64,000 bases of DNA from Candidatus Uhrbacteria bacterium (GTDB taxonomy: Bacteria > Patescibacteriota > Patescibacteriia > UBA9934 > GWF2-40-263). The translations under genes were made by a program, and so were the position numbers. The DNA lies in the NCBI GenBank assembly GCA_016209325.1, contig JACQWJ010000034.1:220-64219 (forward strand). Reading direction: 5' to 3'. Shown in pieces: positions 1 through 8,075 of the stretch. Numbering within the stretch: the first letter of the stretch is position 1; each line of letters opens with the position of its first letter. Below the pieces are notes generated by a model, which searched no databases, was not told the origin of the DNA, and was given only the letters and a program-made list of their open reading frames with translations.

Positions 1-17
1 AACGCAAAAAGGAATCT

Positions 18-485
18 ATGCAATCCATTCTGCCAGATCTCCGGGCACTCTATGTGGGACAAAAAAATAAGCCCACCATTCGTTTTTATGATGGATTGGA
101 ACAAGTAAAACAAATATTCGATCAAATGCTTTCGGCTAAAAAAATCTTAGGTATTGCTTCCACAAAGCAATTATTTGCCTTAGATCCGGTATTTTTTAAC
201 CATTATCGACAAGAACTAAAGCAACGCAGCATCATTTTTTACGACATTCTGACCCATGCCTCAGATACGGAAGGAGAAATAGTAAAGGCTTCTTTAAAGG
301 GACTATACGATAAGAAGTTCCTTCCAAAAGAATACGAAGATGTTCCAACGGACATTCTCATCTGGGATGATCATGTGGCGTTAATTACGACGGAACATCC
401 TGTATTTGGGACTGTTCTTACTAATCCACCTTTGGCGAGAACATTTCAGATTATCTTTGAAGTGCTGTGGAAACGGTTGGAGTAA
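18..485 (+). CDS. TrmB-family transcriptional regulator, C-terminal part (probably starts upstream of the window)
   Basis: KPTIRFYDGLEQVKQIF and DILIWDDHVALI motifs typical of CPR TrmB-like regulators; N-terminal HTH not in the window. Confidence 0.7.
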   Translation: MQSILPDLRALYVGQKNKPTIRFYDGLEQVKQIFDQMLSAKKILGIASTKQLFALDPVFFNHYRQELKQRSIIFYDILTHASDTEGEIVKASLKGLYDKKFLPKEYEDVPTDILIWDDHVALITTEHPVFGTVLTNPPLARTFQIIFEVLWKRLE

Positions 486-489
486 GGAT

Positions 490-505
490 TGTTTCACGTG
501 AAACA
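490..505. promoter_or_regulatory. parS centromere-like site
   Basis: TGTTTCACGTGAAACA, 16/16 match to the B. subtilis-type parS palindrome. Confidence 0.85.
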
Positions 506-577
506 ATTGCAGACGCAACACATGGATTGGACCCGCGGCGATCAGGATGGTGGTGTTGGTAAATAAATGAGATATTA

Positions 578-699
578 CTAAACTTTGGCACTTTTTATAA
601 AAGCTTATGTTTTAGCCAAATTTTAACCGAAATTTCTAAATTAATTTCGTTTATCTTAGCCAAATTCATAATACAAGCTAAAAATTCTGCCAAAGTTTA
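578..699. mobile_element. 122-bp MITE (possibly IS1634-family derived)
   Basis: 13-bp perfect TIRs CTAAACTTTGGCA (578-590) / TGCCAAAGTTTAG (687-699); 6-bp direct repeat ATATTA at 572-577 and 700-705; AT-rich non-coding interior. Confidence 0.75.
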
Positions 700-726
700 G
701 ATATTACGTTCACTTTTCAAACTAAA

Positions 727-766
727 CCACACTCCACCATCCCGAGCGCCTCGCGAGGGATCTTAC
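727..766 (+). repeat. REP-like palindromic repeat, left of GIY-YIG gene
   Basis: CCACACTCCACCATCCCGAGCGCCTCGCGAGGGATCTTAC; near-perfect inverted copy at 1094-1132. Confidence 0.8.
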
Positions 767-769
767 CCT

Positions 770-1066
770 ATGTCCCACGGGAGTTCCTACATCTACATCA
801 TGACAAACGGAGCAAATACGGTTCTGTATACAGGATCGACGACCAATCTTCCTCGACGTGTTTTTGAGCATTCGCAAGGATTAATCCCAGGTTTCACCTC
901 AAAGTATCACGCCACAAAACTCGTCTATTACGAGGAAGCGGGAGATCTCATGACTGCCGTGGCGCGGGAAAAGCAAATCAAGGGATGGAGTCGAAGCAAA
1001 AAAATCGCGTTAATTGAGGCCATCAATCCGTTTTGGATTGATCTGGGAGAGTCCTTGAATCAGTAA
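770..1066 (+). CDS. Small GIY-YIG nuclease (UPF0213-like)
   Basis: YIYIM..N..LYTGST.NL.RR..EH and REKQIKGWSR.KK motifs; 98 aa. Confidence 0.92.
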   Translation: MSHGSSYIYIMTNGANTVLYTGSTTNLPRRVFEHSQGLIPGFTSKYHATKLVYYEEAGDLMTAVAREKQIKGWSRSKKIALIEAINPFWIDLGESLNQ

Positions 1067-1093
1067 CTGCGCCGCGCGTTGGTTGGGACGCCC

Positions 1094-1132
1094 GTAAGAT
1101 CCTTCGCGAGGCGCTCTGGATGGTGGGTGTGG
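1094..1132 (-). repeat. REP-like palindromic repeat, right of GIY-YIG gene
   Basis: GTAAGATCCTTCGCGAGGCGCTCTGGATGGTGGGTGTGG, reverse complement of 727-766 with few mismatches. Confidence 0.8.
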
Positions 1133-1160
1133 ATTTGGTGGGTAAAAAATACGGAACGCA

Positions 1161-1829
1161 TTACTCTTCGTCCCACGTCACGCGCCCGTCGCCGGCCATC
1201 GGAATCACATCACCGACGTAGGTCGGCTTCGAGCCAAACCAGACGTCGAGGACGGCCTTCGCCTGGGCCAGCCATTCGCGCCTCTTGAACGAATCGATCT
1301 TCACGTACGGCTGGCGGTCGGCCGGGACGCCGTAGGCGTCGATGCCGACGGCCCGGGCCAGGTAGATCGCCCGCGGAAGGTGGAAATCCTGCGTTACGAC
1401 GAGCGCCCGCTCGACCTGGAACACGTGCCTGGCACGATACATCGTGTCGTAGGTGTCGAAGCCCGCGTGGTCCAAAAAAATGTCCTCCGGCGGCACGTCA
1501 TGCGCGAGCAAGAAACGACGCATGGGATTCACTTCGTCGTACTCGGCGCGGCCGTGGTCGCCGGAGAGGAGGAACTTCTCCACCCTTCCTGACCAATACA
1601 GCTCAAGCGCCGTAAGCAGGCGGTCCGACAGGATGTCGGACGGCTTTCCCGTCTCACGAACCGCGGCTCCCGGGACGATCACGACCGAAAATGGTTCTCC
1701 ACTTGCCGCGTCCAGTTCCCTTCCCTCTGCCGCTCCCGTCACCGTGAGATGGACAGCGATCAAAAAAAGCGCGAGAGCCGCGCACGCTACTCCCAACACA
1801 GACAAAATAAGACGCTTGTGCTTTCCCAT
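1161..1829 (-). CDS. sanA: SanA/YdcF (DUF218) family membrane protein
   Basis: N-terminal TM helix; LLSGDH...YDEV, IFLDHAGFDTYD, VTQDFHLPRA, REWLA motifs. Confidence 0.88.
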   Translation of the reverse strand: MGKHKRLILSVLGVACAALALFLIAVHLTVTGAAEGRELDAASGEPFSVVIVPGAAVRETGKPSDILSDRLLTALELYWSGRVEKFLLSGDHGRAEYDEVNPMRRFLLAHDVPPEDIFLDHAGFDTYDTMYRARHVFQVERALVVTQDFHLPRAIYLARAVGIDAYGVPADRQPYVKIDSFKRREWLAQAKAVLDVWFGSKPTYVGDVIPMAGDGRVTWDEE

Positions 1830-2128
1830 ATTTCTCCTTATGGTACCATGCCTATGACTCCGGCTACGTTACTGGTTTTGGGGTAAATCTGGTTCACGAG
1901 CTTAGAACCGCTGCGGCTTTGGTCGCAGCATGAGAGCTCCGCGGCGCCCCGCCATCGGCGGGGAAGAGCGGATCCGTCCCCGTTTACGCCGGTTCCCACT
2001 GGTCAAAACGAGAACGGCAATGGCACCACCTGGTGGCCCGAGTGCATTGTGAGCCAAAATCAGTCCGCAGCTGGGGTCTTTGTGTTTGGAAATATTTCTC
2101 AAATTGAAAAACGCGGCGAGAAGAAATC

Positions 2129-2281
2129 TCACCGCGCGACGTGGGCGTTTGCCGCCAGCTCATCCAGGTCGGCCATGGACTGGCCGGTGACCTGCCGACA
2201 GAGAAGGTCTGCGGCGATGAATGGAGCGAACAGCATGACAAATAAGAGAAAACGCTTGAAAAAGAGCTTTATAGGTCCCAT
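2129..2281 (-). CDS. Possible small membrane protein (50 aa)
   Basis: ATG-initiated ORF with one hydrophobic stretch; no recognisable family. Confidence 0.3.
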   Translation of the reverse strand: MGPIKLFFKRFLLFVMLFAPFIAADLLCRQVTGQSMADLDELAANAHVAR

Positions 2282-2416
2282 GGAAGAAATCCTCCTAGAG
2301 AAACAGTGGATTACATAAATTTTGGGACCCGGGACCTTATCTGAAAAACTAAAAAAAGTCAAATACACCAAACAAAAATCCGCCCAGAACACTGAAACGG
2401 ATTTTGCATTTCCCGT

Positions 2417-3322
2417 TTACGCCTTCTTCTCCCGCTTCGTCCACTTGTCGAACTCGACGAGGAGGGGGCTTGCGATGAAGATCGAGGAGTAGGTGCCGAC
2501 CGCGATGCCGATGATGAGGGCGAGCGCAAATGGGCGCGTCGTCTCGCCTCCCCAAATGGAGATGGCTGCGAGCGCGAGCAGCGCCGCGAAACCCGTGTTG
2601 AACGAGCGGGTCAGGGTCTCCTTGATGCTGCGCTCCACGGTCTCCTCGAAGGCCTCGCCGTGGTGGGGGCGCGTCAGGTTCTCGCGGGTGCGGTCGAAGA
2701 CCACGATGGTGTCGTTGATGGAGTAGCCGAGGATGGTCAGGACGGCTGCCACGAACGTGGTGTCGACTTGCCAGCCGAAGAAGCGTCCAAGAACGGCGAA
2801 CACGCCGACGGGAATGATGACGTCGTGGAAGGCCGTGAGCACCGTCAGGACAGCGTACTTCCAGGAAGCCACGGGCTCGGAGACCTTACGGAAGGCCCAG
2901 GCCACGTAGATGCCGATGAGGACGAGGGTCAGTACGACGCTGATGACAGCGTTCCTGCGGAGTTCGGCGCCGATCGACGGGCCGATCGAGTCGAAACGCA
3001 GCTCGTCCACGGATCCGTGAGCGGTGCGCAATGTCTCGAGAAGCGCCTGGTGGCCGGCCTCGTCTAGGTGTTCCAGGCGCATGAGGGCGTCGGTTCCCTG
3101 GGTGGTTTGGACGGTCACGTACCCGTAGCCGGCGTCCTGAAGCGTTTGGCGGAGGGCGTCGACGGAGGGCGGGTTTTCAAAGCGGACCTCGACCAGGCTA
3201 CCGCCGGTGAAGTCAATACCAAAGTTGAGGCCGAAGATGGCCGTGCAAGCGAGGCTGGCGGCGATGAGCGCGCCCGAGAGGGCGAACCAGAGCTTGCGGC
3301 GGGACAGGATAGGAAGATGCAT
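2417..3322 (-). CDS. secF: Protein translocase subunit SecF
   Basis: GIDFTGGS, IGPSIGAEL, GYSINDTIVVFDRTRE, GTYSSIFIA; start set at CCTATG 3322. Confidence 0.95.
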   Translation of the reverse strand: MHLPILSRRKLWFALSGALIAASLACTAIFGLNFGIDFTGGSLVEVRFENPPSVDALRQTLQDAGYGYVTVQTTQGTDALMRLEHLDEAGHQALLETLRTAHGSVDELRFDSIGPSIGAELRRNAVISVVLTLVLIGIYVAWAFRKVSEPVASWKYAVLTVLTAFHDVIIPVGVFAVLGRFFGWQVDTTFVAAVLTILGYSINDTIVVFDRTRENLTRPHHGEAFEETVERSIKETLTRSFNTGFAALLALAAISIWGGETTRPFALALIIGIAVGTYSSIFIASPLLVEFDKWTKREKKA

Positions 3323-3335
3323 AGGGATGAGGGGC

Positions 3336-5396
3336 TCAAGACGCCTTGCGCTTGGCGCGCTGGGAAAGATAGAGCGGGGGCGCGCGTAGGAACCGCGCGC
3401 GGATGGCCGTGTTGAGGTACGCATGCGTCACGGCAAGGGCGGTAAACATGCTGAGCAGCACGCCGATCGTAAGCGTCAGGGCAAACCCCTTGATGAAGCT
3501 CGAGCTAAAGGCGTACAGCACCCCGGCAGCGATAAGGGTCGTGAAGTTGCCGTCGCGGATCGCGGACCAGGCGCGCTTGAAAGCCTCGTCCAGGGCGCCA
3601 CGCAGGTCGCGTCCGGCTCGGATCTCCTCCTTCATACGCTCGAACACGAGGACGTTGGCATCCACCGCCATACCAAGCGACAAGATGAAACCAGCAACGC
3701 CGGCGAGCGTGATCGTCACCCCGAACAGCTTGTAGAAGGCCAGATTCAGTCCCGTGTACAGCAGCAGGGCGAGGACCGCGACGAGACCCGGCAGGCGGTA
3801 CATGAAAATCATGTACAGGGTCACGAGCGCGAACCCGAGTAGACCGGCAAACAGACTCTTCTGGAGCGAAACGGCGCCGAGGGCCGGTCCCACGGTCTGC
3901 TGGGAGACCAGGTGCACGGGCACAGGCAGGGCCCCCGCGTTCAGGCGTTGGGCCAGGAGCTTGGCCTCTTCTACCGTAAAGCCGCCGGTAATGACGGCCT
4001 GCCCGCCATAGATCGGCTCGTTGACCACAGGGATCGAGATGGGCTCCCCGTCGAGGAAGATGGCAATGGCTTGTCCGACGTTGCGCTTGGTGAGTTCGGC
4101 AAACAGGTCGCCGCCTTCCCCGTCGAACTGGAGGGACACGAACGGAGAGCTGGTCTGCTGGTCGAACTGGACCGTAGCGCGCGTGAGCTGCTTGCCCGAG
4201 AGGCCGGTGTTCTTCCAGGCATCTTCCGGCGCCGCGATGTCGTTCAGCGAGACCGACGGGATGACGACGCGCTGGACGTGGAAGGCGGGAACAACCTCCT
4301 CGGCTTGCTTGAGGATCATGTGGTAGCCGTATTCCGTCTCGACGACGTCCGACACCTGCCCAACAGGCGTCGTACGCGCGGCGAGCTCGAAGGCGGGGAC
4401 CGTCGCTCCGGGCTCAACCCACCCGAGATAGCCGCCCTCGGCGGCGGTGGAATAGTCCGTTGAAACCTCCTTGGCCTTTTCGGCAAAATTTTCGGCTGTC
4501 AGTTCGCTCTTCAGGTTCGTCAGAATGATGTTGGCTTCAATCGGGGGAATGGGGTTCTGGCATAGCGCCTTCCCCTCGAAGCACACGAGAATATGGGACA
4601 ACTCCATCCGCTTCGCCTCAGCCGCCCCAAGAAGACGGACGACCTCGAAGCCCTCGCGCGTTTCCAGGATGTTCGGTAGGACCGCGCCCGACTGGAGCGC
4701 CTGGTCGGAAACCGCCTGAATAATTTCCGCGTACGCGGGATTGGAAGCCGTCGCGGCCGGCAGGTCCTCGCCGCCGTATTCCGCAATGAGGGTCGAAAAA
4801 TCCTCGCCCCGCTTGGCGCGGGCGAGCGCCTCCTCGGCCTTGGTGCGGGCCGCGGCATTCCGCTCGTCCAGAGTCTTCTGCTCTTCGGGAGTCGCTTCCC
4901 GACCGACCTCTGCATTGACTTCCTTGAATTCGAGCACGGGGGTTTCGCCAATCTCGTTGATCGCCTGGCGGACATCGAGGACGCCCGCGAGCTCGACGAT
5001 CACACGCGAGGTGCCGCCGCTCGAGGTAGTCTGAACGACGGGCTCCGAAACGCCGAACGCGTTTACCCGGCGCTCGATCACGTCGCGGACGCCCTGCAGG
5101 GCCTCGTCGCGCTCAGCGGGATCGATCTGGGACATGTCCGCCTCGTACACGAGGTGAGCGCCTCCCTGAAGGTCGAGGCCCAGGCGGAAGGGAGTCTCCG
5201 AAACCTTCGCAAAGCCGAAATCGGCTCCGGTGGCCGAGGAAGCGGAAGAAACTCCCCGGTTCCAGAAGGCGGGGAAATCAAACGCGCCCATCAGAAGCGT
5301 AAGGAGAAGGAAAAAGACCGCCAGGGCGGGCGTTCTCCATGTTTTGGCCATCGGAGCCGCCGGTCGGGAGGATTTTTTGCGTTTCCAGGTCTGCAT
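3336..5396 (-). CDS. secD: Protein translocase subunit SecD with inserted parvulin PPIase domain(s)
   Basis: LGLDLQGG, RRVNAFGVSEP, LNAGALPVP, GMAVDANVLVFERMKEE; insert contains SHILV...GGYLGW...PAFE...VSDVVETEYGYH; start set at CGTATG 5396. Confidence 0.93.
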   Translation of the reverse strand: MQTWKRKKSSRPAAPMAKTWRTPALAVFFLLLTLLMGAFDFPAFWNRGVSSASSATGADFGFAKVSETPFRLGLDLQGGAHLVYEADMSQIDPAERDEALQGVRDVIERRVNAFGVSEPVVQTTSSGGTSRVIVELAGVLDVRQAINEIGETPVLEFKEVNAEVGREATPEEQKTLDERNAAARTKAEEALARAKRGEDFSTLIAEYGGEDLPAATASNPAYAEIIQAVSDQALQSGAVLPNILETREGFEVVRLLGAAEAKRMELSHILVCFEGKALCQNPIPPIEANIILTNLKSELTAENFAEKAKEVSTDYSTAAEGGYLGWVEPGATVPAFELAARTTPVGQVSDVVETEYGYHMILKQAEEVVPAFHVQRVVIPSVSLNDIAAPEDAWKNTGLSGKQLTRATVQFDQQTSSPFVSLQFDGEGGDLFAELTKRNVGQAIAIFLDGEPISIPVVNEPIYGGQAVITGGFTVEEAKLLAQRLNAGALPVPVHLVSQQTVGPALGAVSLQKSLFAGLLGFALVTLYMIFMYRLPGLVAVLALLLYTGLNLAFYKLFGVTITLAGVAGFILSLGMAVDANVLVFERMKEEIRAGRDLRGALDEAFKRAWSAIRDGNFTTLIAAGVLYAFSSSFIKGFALTLTIGVLLSMFTALAVTHAYLNTAIRARFLRAPPLYLSQRAKRKAS

Positions 5397-5505
5397 ACGT
5401 CGGCAAGATTCATGATGCACAAGTCCGCGCCATTGTAGGAGATTGGCTGGTTCGACGCAAGCTTCTGACAAAAAGAAAAAGGACGGAAGAAATGCTTTCC
5501 GTCCT

Positions 5506-6252
5506 TTAGAGAAATTCCCTGATCTCGGCAACCCATCCCAGTATTTCATCCAAGGAGGACGTCATACCGAACATGCGGAATTCAACGGTTCCATGGCGAG
5601 TAATGCGAATGAGGTCCCAGCAATTGCGGGGATTATCCGCAAACCCGCGTTCACACGCAATCGTGTAGAAGTGCTGGGGCGATTCGTACCGATTCGGCAT
5701 CCACTGGGTTGCCATCTGCCGGTAGAGATCAAACCGAAGTCCGGATGAGTGGTCTCCAAGGCGTATCAGGCGGTCGACGGCTTCGATGCCGGCATTATAG
5801 ACACGGATCGCCTCATCCATGTTGGAAACGCCGAGGTGGATGTGGAGACCGGCGACACGGCAAGCGGCGCGCAGGATAGAGAGCGGCAAGGTTTCCACAA
5901 TGCGCAGGTAGCGCACATCCGGGTACACGTCGAGCGTCATGTCTTCGGGACCCACCTCGGAAACGAGGAGGCGCATTCCGAGACATTCCGCCGTCACCTG
6001 ACCCAGTTCAGTACCAGCACGGAGCTGTTCCCGCAGATCATCGAGTCCGCGGCACGGATCGGTACGATGCTCTACCTGGCAAGCGGACAATTCGTATGTC
6101 CATGCCACATCATCGACCGTTTTCAGGAATCGGGGAGACTGCGGGACCAGCCTTCCATCCGGACCGGCAAGGAAGAATTCCCTCTCAATGCCGGAATACC
6201 CGCGCAACTCGGGATGAAACTGGAACCGAGAGAGAAAATCGGAAAAGGACAT
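5506..6252 (-). CDS. Glutamate-cysteine ligase family 2 (GCS2/YbdK-like carboxylate-amine ligase)
   Basis: GIEREFFL, ELSACQVE, GLHIHLG, HGTVEFRMF motifs. Confidence 0.8.
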   Translation of the reverse strand: MSFSDFLSRFQFHPELRGYSGIEREFFLAGPDGRLVPQSPRFLKTVDDVAWTYELSACQVEHRTDPCRGLDDLREQLRAGTELGQVTAECLGMRLLVSEVGPEDMTLDVYPDVRYLRIVETLPLSILRAACRVAGLHIHLGVSNMDEAIRVYNAGIEAVDRLIRLGDHSSGLRFDLYRQMATQWMPNRYESPQHFYTIACERGFADNPRNCWDLIRITRHGTVEFRMFGMTSSLDEILGWVAEIREFL

Positions 6253-6479
6253 GACGAACCTCCTTGGAAGAATCGAAACGATGAAGATGTCGCCGTTTTC
6301 CATTCAGGAAGACGGTACGGCAAAAACAAAATCCCATCCCTCGCGCCCCATGGTTTCCCATGCGGCAGAAAGGACGGGATTCGAAACGAACCCGCGGTGC
6401 CACCTTTCTTTCCCACCGACGCCGGTTCCTCACCCACGCGACGAGCCCTTCACGCACTCTTTGGACGAGATATGCGCTT

Positions 6480-6650
6480 GCCTTTGATAACGGAGGCTTC
6501 CGGGTTGTCACCGCGTTCGTGAAGAACGCTGCAACAACCACCTCTCCCAGGCCCAATTTCGCACGCTAGCTATGGCAGGGCTTCCACTGTCCCCTGCTCG
6601 CTCTTCAGTGAGCCTGCGCGGTACTTCTTCCTGGGATGCGAACGGCTTTA
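6480..6650 (-). ncRNA. Unassigned structured RNA (~170 nt)
   Basis: Nested stems TCCCAGG/CCTGGGA, GCAGGG/CCCTGC, GCTC/GAGC, GGTTGT..GCGTTC/GAACGC..ACAACC, GAGG/CCTC, closing GCC/GGC; preceded by a sigma70-like promoter; no credible ORF. Confidence 0.55.
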
Positions 6651-6666
6651 ACATTGTCCTGTTTCC

Positions 6667-6695
6667 AACGTAGCAACGGACCGTAAGCGTGTCAA
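6667..6695 (-). promoter_or_regulatory. sigma70-type promoter upstream of the structured RNA
   Basis: TTGACA-17 bp-TACGTT with TG at the extended -10 position. Confidence 0.55.
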
Positions 6696-6726
6696 ATGTC
6701 AACGCCGTCGTGAAATCATGCCTGAA

Positions 6727-6764
6727 ACCAAACCCCGCCCTTCGCGAAGGGCGGGGTGGCTGGT
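6727..6764 (-). terminator. Hairpin downstream of tRNA-like copy A
   Basis: ACCCCGCCCTTC-GC-GAAGGGCGGGGT followed by TTGGTTT; homologous hairpin after copy B. Confidence 0.65.
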
Positions 6765-6773
6765 CCTGGGTCA

Positions 6774-6849
6774 TGGTGGACCCGGTGGGGATCGAACCCA
6801 CGACTCCCGGTGTCAACACGGACGAGGTTCCCATTACCTCCACGGGCCC
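6774..6849 (-). tRNA. Non-canonical tRNA-like gene, copy A (Ala-type acceptor G3.U70/A73; loop reads as GAC/Val or TGA/Ser)
   Basis: 76 nt: GGGCCCG/CGGGTCC-ACCA, D-stem GAGGT/ACCTC, anticodon stem TCCG/CGGG with 9-nt loop TGTTGACAC, T-arm GTGGG-TTCGATC-CCCAC. Confidence 0.8.
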
Positions 6850-7010
6850 CGATCCATTTCCCAGGAAAAAAGAAACAAAAAATCCCCTCCTTTTATCACT
6901 AAAAGGTTGGGGGAGATTTTGTGACACCGGGAGCAAGCACATTGCTCGCCCGCGTATGAATATTGAAACACGAAAAAAGACGTTTGTCAAATCAACAAAA
7001 ACACCACGTG

Positions 7011-7691
7011 CTACCCAACGACCGTCCCCGTAAACGTCTTGCCAGATAGGAAGCGATCCAAATTTTCAAGATTCCGCCCATTGATCATCACTACCCGCTT
7101 CTTCGCCTGCTGGGCGAGGCGCGAGGCGATCGGGTCGAACGGAACGTGCATGCCGGGGTCCCAGGCGTCGCCCACCATCTTACGAAATGCGGGCCAGTCA
7201 ATTTCCCTGATGGGTTTGGCGTCCGCATGCGCGCGAGGGTCCTTGTCGTAGACGTAGTCGACGTTCGTCAGATTGATGACCGTCTCCGCTTTCAAACGCT
7301 TGGCCAAACGCATAGCGACATAGTCCGTAGACCATCCTGGCTTCCACCCGGCAGCAATGAGCACGGGCTCGTGCCAGCGGCCGAGGGGACGCGTCGGATC
7401 CTTGATCATGACAGGATGCGCCAAGCGACGAAAAATCGTGCGCAGCAGATGCCCGTTCAAACGGGTCGCATGAATACCAAGCCAATCCAAGTCGTCCGAC
7501 AGAACGGTCCCGACGTCGCGCGCGGCCTGCTGGTACTGGCGGCACGTGCTCCCGCCGCCAACGATGATGACAAACCGCGCTCCCCGCCGCACATGCTTCT
7601 CGATCAGCTTCTTGAATCCAGCCAAAAACGCCACATCAATTCCCTCCTTGGGAGCCACAATCGATCCACCGACGGATAAGACAAATAGCAT
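7011..7691 (-). CDS. pyrH: UMP kinase, archaeal-type
   Basis: VLSVGGS, IVGGGSTCRQY, GWKPGWSTDY, TNVDYVYDKDP, PFDPIAS. Confidence 0.9.
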   Translation of the reverse strand: MLFVLSVGGSIVAPKEGIDVAFLAGFKKLIEKHVRRGARFVIIVGGGSTCRQYQQAARDVGTVLSDDLDWLGIHATRLNGHLLRTIFRRLAHPVMIKDPTRPLGRWHEPVLIAAGWKPGWSTDYVAMRLAKRLKAETVINLTNVDYVYDKDPRAHADAKPIREIDWPAFRKMVGDAWDPGMHVPFDPIASRLAQQAKKRVVMINGRNLENLDRFLSGKTFTGTVVG

Positions 7692-7724
7692 ACGCGCACA
7701 AAAAAGCGCCCTCGCGGGCGCCGA

Positions 7725-8075
7725 TTATTTCTCTTGAGTCTGCCGGACAAACCAATTGGTAACCATGCCGAACGCCCACAGGAAGAGCGAAGTGAGGAGC
7801 GCTGCTCCGAACCCGTCGAGCGTCACACCCTTCACGATGGTACTCACGAGCCAGAGCATGAGCGCGTTCACGACGAACACGAACAGGCCGAGAGTCAGGA
7901 CAGTCACTGGTAGGGTGAGGAGCAGGATGAGGGGTCGGACGAGCGCGTTCATGAACCCGAGGACCAGCGCGGCAATCAGAGCCGCATAAAACGAAGCGAC
8001 TTCAAACCCTGGAATCAGGTTCGCGGCAATAAGGAGTGCGAGCGCGTTCAAGACCCAGCGCAGGATGAGCGTCAT
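7725..8075 (-). CDS. YvlD/DUF360 'phage holin family' membrane protein
   Basis: NALVRPLILLLTLPVTVLTLGLF..VVNALML signature. Confidence 0.88.
   Translation of the reverse strand: MTLILRWVLNALALLIAANLIPGFEVASFYAALIAALVLGFMNALVRPLILLLTLPVTVLTLGLFVFVVNALMLWLVSTIVKGVTLDGFGAALLTSLFLWAFGMVTNWFVRQTQEK

Noticed and set aside
560-720. AT-rich stretch as the oriC unwinding element
   Set aside because: Better explained as a MITE (TIRs plus target duplication); no DnaA-box cluster seen
6774-6849. tRNA-like genes as tmRNA
   Set aside because: The ends resemble tmRNA (G3.U70, CCA), but they are only 76-77 nt with a full D-arm and no tag reading frame
7725-8075. 'Holin' as evidence of a prophage
   Set aside because: The YvlD/DUF360 family is a common chromosomal membrane protein; no phage structural genes nearby
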